Shown: positions 1 through 15,100, numbered from the stretch's first letter. The stretch: 64,000 bases of DNA from Auanema rhodensis (GCA_964057225.1 OZ059898.1:21328001-21392000), one strand, 5' to 3'. Translations and numbers: made by a program. Notes: a model not told the origin generated them from the sequence alone.

Positions 1-3000
1 TTATCGATATTGGTTCATGGTAACCATGACTTTGAAATTTACGTGAACTTTAATTTATGCTAATTAAATGTACACGTGATGTGCACTTGGTATGTAACTC
101 GCTTCACGTGAAAGATAAAGAGGTGCGGTTTTCAAAATTAGATTCCCCATGTCCATATTAGTCTAAAAACAAATTTTTATTGATATTGGTTCATGGTAAC
201 CATGACTTTGAAATTTACGTGAACTTTAATTTATGCTAATTAAATGTACACGTGATGTGCACTTGGTATGTAACTCGCTTCACGTGAAAGATAAAGAGAT
301 GCGGTTTTCGAAATTAGTATCCTCATGTCCATATTAGTCTAAAAACAAATTTTTATTGATATTGGTTCATGGTAACCATGACTTTGAAATTTACGTGAAC
401 TTTAATTTATGCTAATTAAATGTACACGTGATGTGCACTTGGTATGTAACTCGCTTCACGTGAAAGATAAAGAGATGCGGTTTTCAAAATTAGATTCCCC
501 ATGTCCATATTAGTCTAAAAACAAATTTTTATTGATATTGGTGCATGGTAACCATGACTTTGAAATTTACGTGAACTTTAATTTATGCTAATTAAATGTA
601 CACGTGATGTGCACTTGGTATGTAACTCGCTTCACGTGAAAGATAAAGAGATGCGGTTTTCAAAATTAGATTCCCTATGTCCATATTAGTCTAAAAACAA
701 ATTTTTATCGATATTGGTTCATGGTAACCATGACTTTGAAATTTACGTGAACTTTAATTTATGCTAATTAAATGTACACGTGATGTGCACTTGGTATGTA
801 ACTCGCTTCACGTGAAAGATAAAGAGATGCGGTTTTCAAAATTAGATTCCCCATGTCCATATTAGTCTAAAAACAAATTTTTATTGATATTGGTTCATGG
901 TAACCATGACTTTGAAATTTACGTGAACTTTAATTTATGCTAATTAAATGTACACGTGATGTGCACTTGGTATGTAACTCGCTTCACGTGAAAGATAAAG
1001 AGATGCGGTTTTCGAAATTAGTATCCTCATGTCCATATTAGTCTAAAAACAAATTTTTATTGATATTGGTTCATGGTAACCATGACTTTGAAATTTACGT
1101 GAACTTTAATTTATGCTAATTAAATGTACACGTGATGTGCACTTGGTATGTAACTCGCTTCACGTGAAAGATAAAGAGATGCGGTTTTCAAAATTAGATT
1201 CCCCATGTCCATATTAGTCTAAAAACAAATTTTTATTGATATTGGTGCATGGTAACCATGACTTTGAAATTTACGTGAACTTTAATTTATGCTAATTAAA
1301 TGTACACGTGATGTGCACTTGGTATGTAACTCGCTTCACGTGAAAGATAAAGAGATGCGGTTTTCAAAATTAGATTCCCTATGTCCATATTAGTCTAAAA
1401 ACAAATTTTTATCGATATTGGTTCATGGTAACCATGACTTTGAAATTTACGTGAACTTTAATTTATGCTAATTAAATGTACACGTGATGTGCACTTGGTA
1501 TGTAACTCGCTTCACGTGAAAGATAAAGAGGTGCGGTTTTCAAAATTAGATTCCCCATGTCCATATTAGTCTAAAAACAAATTTTTATTGATATTGGTTC
1601 ATGGTAACCATGACTTTGAAATTTACGTGAACTTTAATTTATGCTAATTAAATGTACACGTGATGTGCACTTGGTATGTAACTCGCTTCACGTGAAAGAT
1701 AAAGAGATGCGGTTTTCGAAATTAGTATCCTCATGTCCATATTAGTCTAAAAACAAATTTTTATTGATATTGGTTCATGGTAACCATGACTTTGAAATTT
1801 ACGTGAACTTTGATTTATGCTAATTAAATGTACACGTGATGTGCACTTGGTATGTAACCCGCTTCACGTGAAAGATAAAGAGATGCGGTTTTCAAAATTA
1901 GATTCCCCATGTCCATATTAGTCTAAAAACAAATTTTTATTGATATTGGTGCATGGTAACCATGACTTTGAAATTTACGTGAACTTTAATTTATGCTAAT
2001 TAAATGTACACGTGATGTGCACTTGGTATGTAACTCGCTTCACGTGAAAGATAAAGAGATGCGGTTTTCGAAATTAGATTCCTCATGTCCATATTAGTCT
2101 AAAAACAAATTTTTATTGATATTGGTTCATGGTAACCATGACTTTGAAATTTACGTGAACTTTAATTTATGCTAATTAAATGTACACGTGATGTGCACTT
2201 GGTATGTAACTCGCTTCACGTGAAAGATAAAGAGATGCGGTTTTCAAAATTAGATTCCCCATGTCCATATTAGTCTAAAAACAAATTTTTATTGATATTG
2301 GTGCATGGTAACCATGACTTTGAAATTTACGTGAACTTTAATTTATGCTAATTAAATGTACACGTGATGTGCACTTGGTATGTAACTCGCTTCACGTGAA
2401 AGATAAAGAGATGCGGTTTTCAAAATTAGATTCCCTATGTCCATATTAGTCTAAAAACAAATTTTTATCGATATTGGTTCATGGTAACCATGACTTTGAA
2501 ATTTACGTGAACTTTAATTTATGCTAATTAAATGTACACGTGATGTGCACTTGGTATGTAACTCGCTTCACGTGGAAGATAAAGAGATGGGGTTTTCAAA
2601 ATTAGATTCCCCATGTCCATATTAGTCTAAAAACAAATTTTTATTGATATTGGTGCATGGTAACCATGACTTTGAAATTTACGTGTACTTTAATTTATGC
2701 TAATTAAATGTACACGTGATGTGCACTTGGTATGTAACTCGCTTCACGTGAAAGATAAAGAGATGCGGTTTCCAAAATTAGATTCCCCAAGTCCATATTA
2801 GTCTAAAAACAAATTTTTATTGATATTGGTTCATGGTAACCATGACTTTGAAATTTACGTGAACTTTAATTTATGCTAATTAAATGTACACGTGATGTGC
2901 ACTTGGTATGTAACTCGCTTCACGTGAAAGATAAAGAGATGCGGTTTTCAAAATTAGATTTCCCATGTCCATATTAGTCTAAAAACAAATTTTTATTGAT

Positions 3001-6000
3001 ATTGGTTCATGGTAACCATGACTTTGAAATTTACGTGAACTTTGATTTATGCTAATTAAATGTACACGTGATGTGCACTTGGTATGTAACCCGCTTCACG
3101 TGAAAGATAAAGAGATGCGGTTTTCAAAATTAGATTCCCCATGTCCATATTAGTCTAAAAACAAATTTTTATTGATATTGGTGCATGGTAACCATGACTT
3201 TGAAATTTACGTGAACTTTAATTTATGCTAATTAAATGTACACGTGATGTGCACTTGGTATGTAACTCGCTTCACGTGAAAGATAAAGAGATGCGGTTTT
3301 CGAAATTAGATTCCTCATGTCCATATTAGTCTAAAAACAAATTTTTATTGATATTGGTTCATGGTAACCATGACTTTGAAATTTACGTGAACTTTAATTT
3401 ATGCTAATTAAATGTACACGTGATGTGCACTTGGTATGTAACTCGCTTCACGTGAAAGATAAAGAGATTTGGTTTTCAAAATTAGATTCCCCATGTCCAT
3501 ATTAGTCTAAAAACAAATTTTCATTGATATTGGTGCATGGTAACCATGACTTTGAAATTTACGTGAACTTTAATTTATGCTAATTAAATGTACACGTGAT
3601 GTGCACTTGGTATGTAACTCGCTTCACGTGAAAGATAAAGAGATGCGGTTTTCAAAATTAGATTCCCTATGTCCATATTAGTCTAAAAACAAATTTTTAT
3701 TGATATTGGTTCATGGTAACCATGACTTTGAAATTTACGTGAACTTTAATTTATGCTAATTAAATGTACACGTGATGTGCACTTGGTATGTAACTCGCTT
3801 CACGTGAAAGATAAAGAGATGCGGTTTTCAAAATTAGATTTCCCATGTCCATATTAGTCTAAAAACAAATTTTTATTGATATTGGTTCATGGTAACCATG
3901 ACTTTGAAATTTACGTGAACTTTAATTTATGCTAATTAAATGTACACGTGATGTGCACTTGGTATGTAACTCGCTTCACGTGAAAGATAAAGAGATGCGG
4001 TTTTCAAAATTAGATTTCCCATGTCCATATTAGTCTAAAAACAAATTTTTATTGATATTGGTTCATGGTAACCATGACTTTGAAATTTACGTGAACTTTG
4101 ATTTATGCTAATTAAATGTACACGTGATGTGCACTTGGTATGTAACCCGCTTCACGTGAAAGATAAAGAGATGCGGTTTTCAAAATTAGATTCCCCATGT
4201 CCATATTAGTCTAAAAACAAATTTTTATTGATATTGGTGCATGGTAACCATGACTTTGAAATTTACGTGAACTTTAATTTATGCTAATTAAATGTACACG
4301 TGATGTGCACTTGGTATGTAACTCGCTTCACGTGAAAGATAAAGAGATGCGGTTTTCGAAATTAGATTCCTCATGTCCATATTAGTCTAAAAACAAATTT
4401 TTATTGATATTGGTTCATGGTAACCATGACTTTGAAATTTACGTGAACTTTAATTTATGCTAATTAAATGTACACGTGATGTGCACTTGGTATGTAACTC
4501 GCTTCACGTGAAAGATAAAGAGATTTGGTTTTCAAAATTAGATTCCCCATGTCCATATTAGTCTAAAAACAAATTTTCATTGATATTGGTGCATGGTAAC
4601 CATGACTTTGAAATTTACGTGAACTTTAATTTATGCTAATTAAATGTACACGTGATGTGCACTTGGTATGTAACTCGCTTCACGTGAAAGATAAAGAGAT
4701 GCGGTTTTCAAAATTAGATTCCCTATGTCCATATTAGTCTAAAAACAAATTTTTATCAATATTGGTTCATGGTAACCATGACTTTGAAATTTACGTGAAC
4801 TTTAATTTATGCTAATTAAATGTACACGTGATGTGCACTTGGTATGTAACTCGCTTCACGTGAAAGATAAAGAGATGCGGTTTTCAAAATTAGATTCCCC
4901 ATGTCCATATTAGTCTAAAAACAAATTTTTATTGATATTGGTTCATGGTAACCATGACTTTGAAATTTACGTGAACTTTAATTTATGCTAATTAAATGTA
5001 CACGTGATGTGCACTTGGTATGTAACTCGCTTCACGTGAAAGATAAAGAGATGCGGTTTTCAAAATTAGATTCCCCATGTCCATATTAGTCTAAAAACAA
5101 ATTTTTATTGATATTGGTTCATGGTAAACATGACTTTGAAATTTACGTGAACTTTAATTTATGCTAATTAAATGTACACGTGATGTGCACTTGGTATGTA
5201 ACTCGCTTCACGTGAAAGATAAAGAGATGCGGTTTTCAAAATTAGATTCCCCATGTCCATATTAGTCTAAAAACCAATTTTTATTGATATTGGTGCATGG
5301 TAACCATGACTTTGAAATTTACGTGAACTTTAATTTATGCTAATTAAATGTACACGTGATGTGCACTTGGTATGTAACTCGCTTCACGTGAAAGATAAAG
5401 AGGTGCGGTTTTCAAAATTAGATTCCCCATGTCCATATTAGTCTAAAAACAAATTTTTATTGATATTGGTTCATGGTAACCATGACTTTGAAATTTACGT
5501 GAACTTTAATTCATGCTAATTAAATGTACACGTGATGTGCACTTGGTATGTAACTCGCTTCACGTGAAAGATAAAGAGATGCGGTTTTCGAAATTAGTAT
5601 CCTCATGTCCATATTAGTCTAAAAACAAATTTTTATTGATATTGGTTCATGGTAACCATGACTTTGAAATTTACGTGAACTTTAATTTATGCTAATTAAA
5701 TGTACACGTGATGTGCACTTGGTATGTAACTCGCTTCACGTGAAAGATAAAGAGATGCGGTTTTCAAAATTAGATTCCCCATGTCCATATTAGTCTAAAA
5801 ACAAATTTTTATTGATATTGGTGCATGGTAACCATGACTTTGAAATTTACGTGAACTTTAATTTATGCTAATTAAATGTACACGTGATGTGCACTTGGTA
5901 TGTAACTCGCTTCACGTGAAAGATAAAGAGATGCGGTTTTCAAAATTAGATTCCCTATGTCCATATTAGTCTAAAAACAAATTTTTATCGATATTGGTTC

Positions 6001-6999
6001 ATGGTAACCATGACTTTGAAATTTACGTGAACTTTAATTTATGCTAATTAAATGTACACGTGATGTGCACTTGGTATGTAACTCGCTTCACGTGAAAGAT
6101 AAAGAGATGCGGTTTTCAAAATTAGATTCCCCATGTCCATATTAGTCTAAAAACAAATTTTTATTGATATTGGTGCATGGTAACCATGACTTTGAAATTT
6201 ACGTGAACTTTAATTTATGCTAATTGAATGTACACGTGATGTGCACTTGGTATGTAACTCGCTTCACGTGAAAGATAAAGAGATGCGGTTTTCAAAATTA
6301 GATTCCCCATGTCCATATTAGTCTAAAAACAAATTTTTATCGATATTGGTTCATGGTAACCATGACTTTGAAATTTACGTGAACTTTAATTTATGCTAAT
6401 TAAATGTACACGTGATGTGCACTTGGTATGTAACTCGCTTCACGTGAAAGATAAAGAGATACGGTTTTCAAAATTAGATTCCCCAAGTCCATATTAGTCT
6501 AAAAACAAATTTTTATTGATATTGGTTCATGGTAACCATGACTTTGAAATTTACGTGAACTTTAATTTATGCTAATTAAATGTACACGTGATGTGCACTT
6601 GGTATGTAACCCGCTTCACGTGAAAGATAAAGAGATGCGGTTTTCAAAATTAGATTCCTCATGACCATATTAGTCTAAAAACAAATTTTTATTGATATTG
6701 GTTCATGGTAACCATGACTTTGAAATTTACGTGAACTTTGATTTATGCTAATTAAATGTACACGTGATGTGCACTTGGTATGTAACCCGCTTCACGTGAA
6801 AGATAAAGAGATGCGGTTTTCAAAATTAGATTCCCCATGTCCATATTAGTCTAAAAACAAATTTTTATTGATATTGGTGCATGGTAACCATGACTTTGAA
6901 ATTTACGTGAACTTTAATTTATGCTAATTAAATGTACACGTGATGTGCACTTGGTATGTAACTCGCTTCACGTGAAAGATAAAGAGATGCGGTTTTCAA

Positions 7000-9900
7000 A
7001 ATTAGATTCCCTATGTCCATATTAGTCTAAAAACAAATTTTTATCGATATTGGTTCATGGTAACCATGACTTTGAAATTTACGTGAACTTTAATTTATGC
7101 TAATTAAATGTACACGTGATGTGCACTTGGTATGTAACTCGCTTCACGTGAAAGATAAAGAGGTGCGGTTTTCAAAATTAGATTCCCCATGTCCATATTA
7201 GTCTAAAAACAAATTTTTATTGATATTGGTTCATGGTAACCATGACTTTGAAATTTACGTGAACTTTAATTTATGCTAATTAAATGTACACGTGATGTGC
7301 ACTTGGTATGTAACTCGCTTCACGTGAAAGATAAAGAGATGCGGTTTTCGAAATTAGTATCCTCATGTCCATATTAGTCTAAAAACAAATTTTTATTGAT
7401 ATTGGTTCATGGTAACCATGACTTTGAAATTTACGTGAACTTTGATTTATGCTAATTAAATGTACACGTGATGTGCACTTGGTATGTAACCCGCTTCACG
7501 TGAAAGATAAAGAGATGCGGTTTTCAAAATTAGATTCCCCATGTCCATATTAGTCTAAAAACAAATTTTTATTGATATTGGTGCATGGTAACCATGACTT
7601 TGAAATTTACGTGAACTTTAATTTATGCTAATTAAATGTACACGTGATGTGCACTTGGTATGTAACTCGCTTCACGTGAAAGATAAAGAGATGCGGTTTT
7701 CGAAATTAGATTCCTCATGTCCATATTAGTCTAAAAACAAATTTTTATTGATATTGGTTCATGGTAACCATGACTTTGAAATTTACGTGAACTTTAATTT
7801 ATGCTAATTAAATGTACACGTGATGTGCACTTGGTATGTAACTCGCTTCACGTGAAAGATAAAGAGATGCGGTTTTCAAAATTAGATTCCCCATGTCCAT
7901 ATTAGTCTAAAAACAAATTTTTATTGATATTGGTGCATGGTAACCATGACTTTGAAATTTACGTGAACTTTAATTTATGCTAATTAAATGTACACGTGAT
8001 GTGCACTTGGTATGTAACTCGCTTCACGTGAAAGATAAAGAGATGCGGTTTTCAAAATTAGATTCCCTATGTCCATATTAGTCTAAAAACAAATTTTTAT
8101 CGATATTGGTTCATGGTAACCATGACTTTGAAATTTACGTGAACTTTAATTTATGCTAATTAAATGTACACGTGATGTGCACTTGGTATGTAACTCGCTT
8201 CACGTGAAAGATAAAGAGGTGCGGTTTTCAAAATTAGATTCCCCATGTCCATATTAGTCTAAAAACAAATTTTTATTGATATTGGTTCATGGTAACCATG
8301 ACTTTGAAATTTACGTGAACTTTAATTTATGCTAATTAAATGTACACGTGATGTGCACTTGGTATGTAACTCGCTTCACGTGAAAGATAAAGAGATGCGG
8401 TTTTCGAAATTAGTATCCTCATGTCCATATTAGTCTAAAAACAAATTTTTATTGATATTGGTTCATGGTAACCATGACTTTGAAATTTACGTGAACTTTA
8501 ATTTATGCTAATTAAATGTACACGTGATGTGCACTTGGTATGTAACTCGCTTCACGTGAAAGATAAAGAGATGCGGTTTTCAAAATTAGATTCCCCATGT
8601 CCATATTAGTCTAAAAACAAATTTTTATTGATATTGGTGCATGGTAACCATGACTTTGAAATTTACGTGAACTTTAATTTATGCTAATTAAATGTACACG
8701 TGATGTGCACTTGGTATGTAACTCGCTTCACGTGAAAGATAAAGAGATGCGGTTTTCAAAATTAGATTCCCTATGTCCATATTAGTCTAAAAACAAATTT
8801 TTATCGATATTGGTTCATGGTAACCATGACTTTGAAATTTACGTGAACTTTAATTTATGCTAATTAAATGTACACGTGATGTGCACTTGGTATGTAACTC
8901 GCTTCACGTGAAAGATAAAGAGATGCGGTTTTCAAAATTAGATTCCCCATGTCCATATTAGTCTAAAAACAAATTTTTATTGATATTGGTTCATGGTAAC
9001 CATGACTTTGAAATTTACGTGAACTTTAATTTATGCTAATTAAATGTACACGTGATGTGCACTTGGTATGTAACTCGCTTCACGTGAAAGATAAAGAGAT
9101 GCGGTTTTCGAAATTAGTATCCTCATGTCCATATTAGTCTAAAAACAAATTTTTATTGATATTGGTTCATGGTAACCATGACTTTGAAATTTACGTGAAC
9201 TTTAATTTATGCTAATTAAATGTACACGTGATGTGCACTTGGTATGTAACTCGCTTCACGTGAAAGATAAAGAGATGCGGTTTTCAAAATTAGATTCCCC
9301 ATGTCCATATTAGTCTAAAAACAAATTTTTATTGATATTGGTGCATGGTAACCATGACTTTGAAATTTACGTGAACTTTAATTTATGCTAATTAAATGTA
9401 CACGTGATGTGCACTTGGTATGTAACTCGCTTCACGTGAAAGATAAAGAGATGCGGTTTTCAAAATTAGATTCCCTATGTCCATATTAGTCTAAAAACAA
9501 ATTTTTATCGATATTGGTTCATGGTAACCATGACTTTGAAATTTACGTGAACTTTAATTTATGCTAATTAAATGTACACGTGATGTGCACTTGGTATGTA
9601 ACTCGCTTCACGTGAAAGATAAAGAGGTGCGGTTTTCAAAATTAGATTCCCCATGTCCATATTAGTCTAAAAACAAATTTTTATTGATATTGGTTCATGG
9701 TAACCATGACTTTGAAATTTACGTGAACTTTAATTTATGCTAATTAAATGTACACGTGATGTGCACTTGGTATGTAACTCGCTTCACGTGAAAGATAAAG
9801 AGATGCGGTTTTCGAAATTAGTATCCTCATGTCCATATTAGTCTAAAAACAAATTTTTATTGATATTGGTTCATGGTAACCATGACTTTGAAATTTACGT

Positions 9901-11400
9901 GAACTTTGATTTATGCTAATTAAATGTACACGTGATGTGCACTTGGTATGTAACCCGCTTCACGTGAAAGATAAAGAGATGCGGTTTTCAAAATTAGATT
10001 CCCCATGTCCATATTAGTCTAAAAACAAATTTTTATTGATATTGGTGCATGGTAACCATGACTTTGAAATTTACGTGAACTTTAATTTATGCTAATTAAA
10101 TGTACACGTGATGTGCACTTGGTATGTAACTCGCTTCACGTGAAAGATAAAGAGATGCGGTTTTCGAAATTAGATTCCTCATGTCCATATTAGTCTAAAA
10201 ACAAATTTTTATTGATATTGGTTCATGGTAACCATGACTTTGAAATTTACGTGAACTTTAATTTATGCTAATTAAATGTACACGTGATGTGCACTTGGTA
10301 TGTAACTCGCTTCACGTGAAAGATAAAGAGATGCGGTTTTCAAAATTAGATTCCCCATGTCCATATTAGTCTAAAAACAAATTTTTATTGATATTGGTGC
10401 ATGGTAACCATGACTTTGAAATTTACGTGAACTTTAATTTATGCTAATTAAATGTACACGTGATGTGCACTTGGTATGTAACTCGCTTCACGTGAAAGAT
10501 AAAGAGATGCGGTTTTCAAAATTAGATTCCCTATGTCCATATTAGTCTAAAAACAAATTTTTATCGATATTGGTTCATGGTAACCATGACTTTGAAATTT
10601 ACGTGAACTTTAATTTATGCTAATTAAATGTACACGTGATGTGCACTTGGTATGTAACTCGCTTCACGTGAAAGATAAAGAGGTGCGGTTTTCAAAATTA
10701 GATTCCCCATGTCCATATTAGTCTAAAAACAAATTTTTATTGATATTGGTTCATGGTAACCATGACTTTGAAATTTACGTGAACTTTAATTTATGCTAAT
10801 TAAATGTACACGTGATGTGCACTTGGTATGTAACTCGCTTCACGTGAAAGATAAAGAGATGCGGTTTTCGAAATTAGTATCCTCATGTCCATATTAGTCT
10901 AAAAACAAATTTTTATTGATATTGGTTCATGGTAACCATGACTTTGAAATTTACGTGAACTTTAATTTATGCTAATTAAATGTACACGTGATGTGCACTT
11001 GGTATGTAACTCGCTTCACGTGAAAGATAAAGAGATGCGGTTTTCAAAATTAGATTCCCCATGTCCATATTAGTCTAAAAACAAATTTTTATTGATATTG
11101 GTGCATGGTAACCATGACTTTGAAATTTACGTGAACTTTAATTTATGCTAATTAAATGTACACGTGATGTGCACTTGGTATGTAACTCGCTTCACGTGAA
11201 AGATAAAGAGATGCGGTTTTCAAAATTAGATTCCCTATGTCCATATTAGTCTAAAAACAAATTTTTATCGATATTGGTTCATGGTAACCATGACTTTGAA
11301 ATTTACGTGAACTTTAATTTATGCTAATTAAATGTACACGTGATGTGCACTTGGTATGTAACTCGCTTCACGTGAAAGATAAAGAGATGCGGTTTTCAAA
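7000..11400 (+). repeat. Local higher-order repeat, 14-monomer (2464 bp) period built from 6+8 units
   Basis: The gaggtgcgg variant occurs at ~7161, 8217, 9625 and 10681 (spacings 1056/1408/1056), with co-ordered agtatcctc, tttgat/aacccgc and ccctatg/atcgat variants. Edges approximate. Confidence 0.8.
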
Positions 11401-12149
11401 ATTAGATTCCCCATGTCCATATTAGTCTAAAAACAAATTTTTATTGATATTGGTGCATGGTAACCATGACTTTGAAATTTACGTGAACTTTAATTTATGC
11501 TAATTGAATGTACACGTGATGTGCACTTGGTATGTAACTCGCTTCACGTGAAAGATAAAGAGATGCGGTTTTCGAAATTAGATTCCTCATGTCCATATTA
11601 GTCTAAAAACAAATTTTTATTGATATTGGTTCATGGTAACCATGACTTTGAAATTTACGTGAACTTTAATTTATGCTAATTAAATGTACACGTGATGTGC
11701 ACTTGGTATGTAACTCGCTTCACGTGAAAGATAAAGAGATGCGGTTTTCAAAATTAGATTCCCCATGTCCATATTAGTCTAAAAACAAATTTTTATTGAT
11801 ATTGGTTCATGGTAAACATGACTTTGAAATTTACGTGAACTTTAATTTATGCTAATTAAATGTACACGTGATGTGCACTTGGTATGTAACTCGCTTCACG
11901 TGAAAGATAAAGAGATGCGGTTTTCAAAATTAGTATCCTCATGTCCATATTAGTCTAAAAACAAATTTTTATTGATATTGGTTCATGGTAACCATGACTT
12001 TGAAATTTACGTGAACTTTAATTTATGCTAATTAAATGTACACGTGATGTGCACTTGGTATGTAACTCGCTTCACGTGAAAGATAAAGAGATGCGGTTTT
12101 CAAACTTAGATTCCCCATGTCCATATTAGTCTAAAAACAAATTTTTATT

Positions 12150-15100
12150 GATATTGGTGCATGGTAACCATGACTTTGAAATTTACGTGAACTTTAATTT
12201 ATGCTAATTAAATGTACACGTGATGTGCACTTGGTATGTAACTCGCTTCACGTGAAAGATAAAGAGATGCGGTTTTCAAAATTAGATTCCCTATGTCCAT
12301 ATTAGTCTAAAAACAAATTTTTATCGATATTGGTTCATGGTAACCATGACTTTGAAATTTACGTGAACTTTAATTTATGCTAATTAAATGTACACGTGAT
12401 GTGCACTTGGTATGTAACTCGCTTCACGTGAAAGATAAAGAGATGCGGTTTTCGAAATTAGTATCCTCATGTCCATATTAGTCTAAAAACAAATTTTTAT
12501 TGATATTGGTTCATGGTAACCATGACTTTGAAATTTACGTGAACTTTAATTTATGCTAATTAAATGTACACGTGATGTGCACTTGGTATGTAACTCGCTT
12601 CACGTGAAAGATAAAGAGATGCGGTTTTCAAAATTAGATTCCCCATGTCCATATTAGTCTAAAAACAAATTTTTATTGATATTGGTGCATGGTAACCATG
12701 ACTTTGAAATTTACGTGAACTTTAATTTATGCTAATTAAATGTACACGTGATGTGCACTTGGTATGTAACTCGCTTCACGTGAAAGATAAAGAGATGCGG
12801 TTTTCAAAATTAGATTCCCTATGTCCATATTAGTCTAAAAACAAATTTTTATCGATATTGGTTCATGGTAACCATGACTTTGAAATTTACGTGAACTTTA
12901 ATTTATGCTAATTAAATGTACACGTGATGTGCACTTGGTATGTAACTCGCTTCACGTGAAAGATAAAGAGATGCGGTTTTCAAAATTAGATTCCCCATGT
13001 CCATATTAGTCTAAAAACAAATTTTTATTGATATTGGTGCATGGTAACCATGACTTTGAAATTTACGTGAACTTTAATTTATGCTAATTAAATGTACACG
13101 TGATGTGCACTTGGTATGTAACTCGCTTCACGTGAAAGATAAAGAGATGCGGTTTTCGAAATTAGATTCCTCATGTCCATATTAGTCTAAAAACAAATTT
13201 TTATTGATATTGGTTCATGGTAACCATGACTTTGAAATTTAGGTGAACTTTAATTTATGCTAATTAAATGTACACGTGATGTGCACTTGGTATGTAACTC
13301 GCTTCACGTGAAAGATAAAGAGATGCGGTTTTCAAAATTAGATTCCCCATGTCCATATTAGTCTAAAAACAAATTTTTATTGATATTGGTGCATGGTAAC
13401 CATGACTTTGAAATTTACGTGAACTTTAATTTATGCTAATTAAATGTACACGTAATGTGCACTTGGTATGTAACTCGCTTCACGTGAAAGATAAAGAGAT
13501 GCGGTTTTCAAAATTAGATTCCCTATGTCCATATTAGTCTAAAAACAAATTTTTATCGATATTGGTTCATGGTAACCATGACTTTGAAATTTACGTGAAC
13601 TTTAATTTATGCTAATTAAATGTACACGTGATGTGCACTTGGTATGTAACTCGCTTCACGTGAAAGATAAAGAGATGCGGTTTTCAAAATTAGATTCCCC
13701 ATGTCCATATTAGTCTAAAAACAAATTTTTATTGATATTGGTGCATGGTAACCATGACTTTGAAATTTACGTGAACTTTAATTTATGCTAATTAAATGTA
13801 CACGTGATGTGCACTTGGTATGTAACTCGCTTCACGTGAAAGATAAAGAGATGCGGTTTTCAAAATTAGATTCCCTATGTCCATATTAGTCTAAAAACAA
13901 ATTTTTATCGATATTGGTTCATGGTAACCATGACTTTGAAATTTACGTGAACTTTAATTTATGCTAATTAAATGTACACGTGATGTGCACTTGGTATGTA
14001 ACTCGCTTCACGTGAAAGATAAAGAGATGCGGTTTTCGAAATTAGTATCCTCATGTCCATATTAGTCTAAAAACAAATTTTTATTGATATTGGTTCATGG
14101 TAACCATGACTTTGAAATTTACGTGAACTTTAATTTATGCTAATTAAATGTACACGTGATGTGCACTTGGTATGTAACTCGCTTCACGTGAAAGATAAAG
14201 AGATGCGGTTTTCAAAATTAGATTCCCCATGTCCATATTAGTCTAAAAACAAATTTTTATTGATATTGGTGCATGGTAACCATGACTTTGAAATTTACGT
14301 GAACTTTAATTTATGCTAATTAAATGTACACGTGATGTGCACTTGGTATGTAACTCGCTTCACGTGAAAGATAAAGAGATGCGGTTTTCAAAATTAGATT
14401 CCCTATGTCCATATTAGTCTAAAAACAAATTTTTATCGATATTGGTTCATGGTAACCATGACTTTGAAATTTACGTGAACTTTAATTTATGCTAATTAAA
14501 TGTACACGTGATGTGCACTTGGTATGTAACTCGCTTCACGTGAAAGATAAAGAGATGCGGTTTTCAAAATTAGATTCCCCATGTCCATATTAGTCTAAAA
14601 ACAAATTTTTATTGATATTGGTGCATGGTAACCATGACTTTGAAATTTACGTGAACTTTAATTTATGCTAATTAAATGTACACGTGATGTGCACTTGGTA
14701 TGTAACTCGCTTCACGTGAAAGATAAAGAGATGCGGTTTTCGAAATTAGATTCCTCATGTCCATATTAGTCTAAAAACAAGTTTTTATTGATATTGGTTC
14801 ATGGTAACCATGACTTTGAAATTTAGGTGAACTTTAATTTATGCTAATTAAATGTACACGTGATGTGCACTTGGTATGTAACTCGCTTCACGTGAAAGAT
14901 AAAGAGATGCGGTTTTCAAAATTAGATTCCCCATGTCCATATTAGTCTAAAAACAAATTTTTATTGATATTGGTGCATGGTAACCATGACTTTGAAATTT
15001 ACGTGAACTTTAATTTATGCTAATTAAATGTACACGTAATGTGCACTTGGTATGTAACTCGCTTCACGTGAAAGATAAAGAGATGCGGTTTTCAAAATTA

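Noticed and set aside
1-176. Assignment to a named 170-180 bp satellite (primate alpha, Arabidopsis CEN178, Brassica CentBr) or to tandem 5S/tRNA/snRNA genes
   Set aside because: Only the length is similar. I recognise no sequence similarity, Pol III boxes or RNA-gene structure, and a database search is needed.
300-330. CENP-B box suggested by the TTCG variant (ttttcgaaattag)
   Set aside because: It lacks the downstream A..CGGG part of the NTTCGNNNNANNCGGGN consensus.
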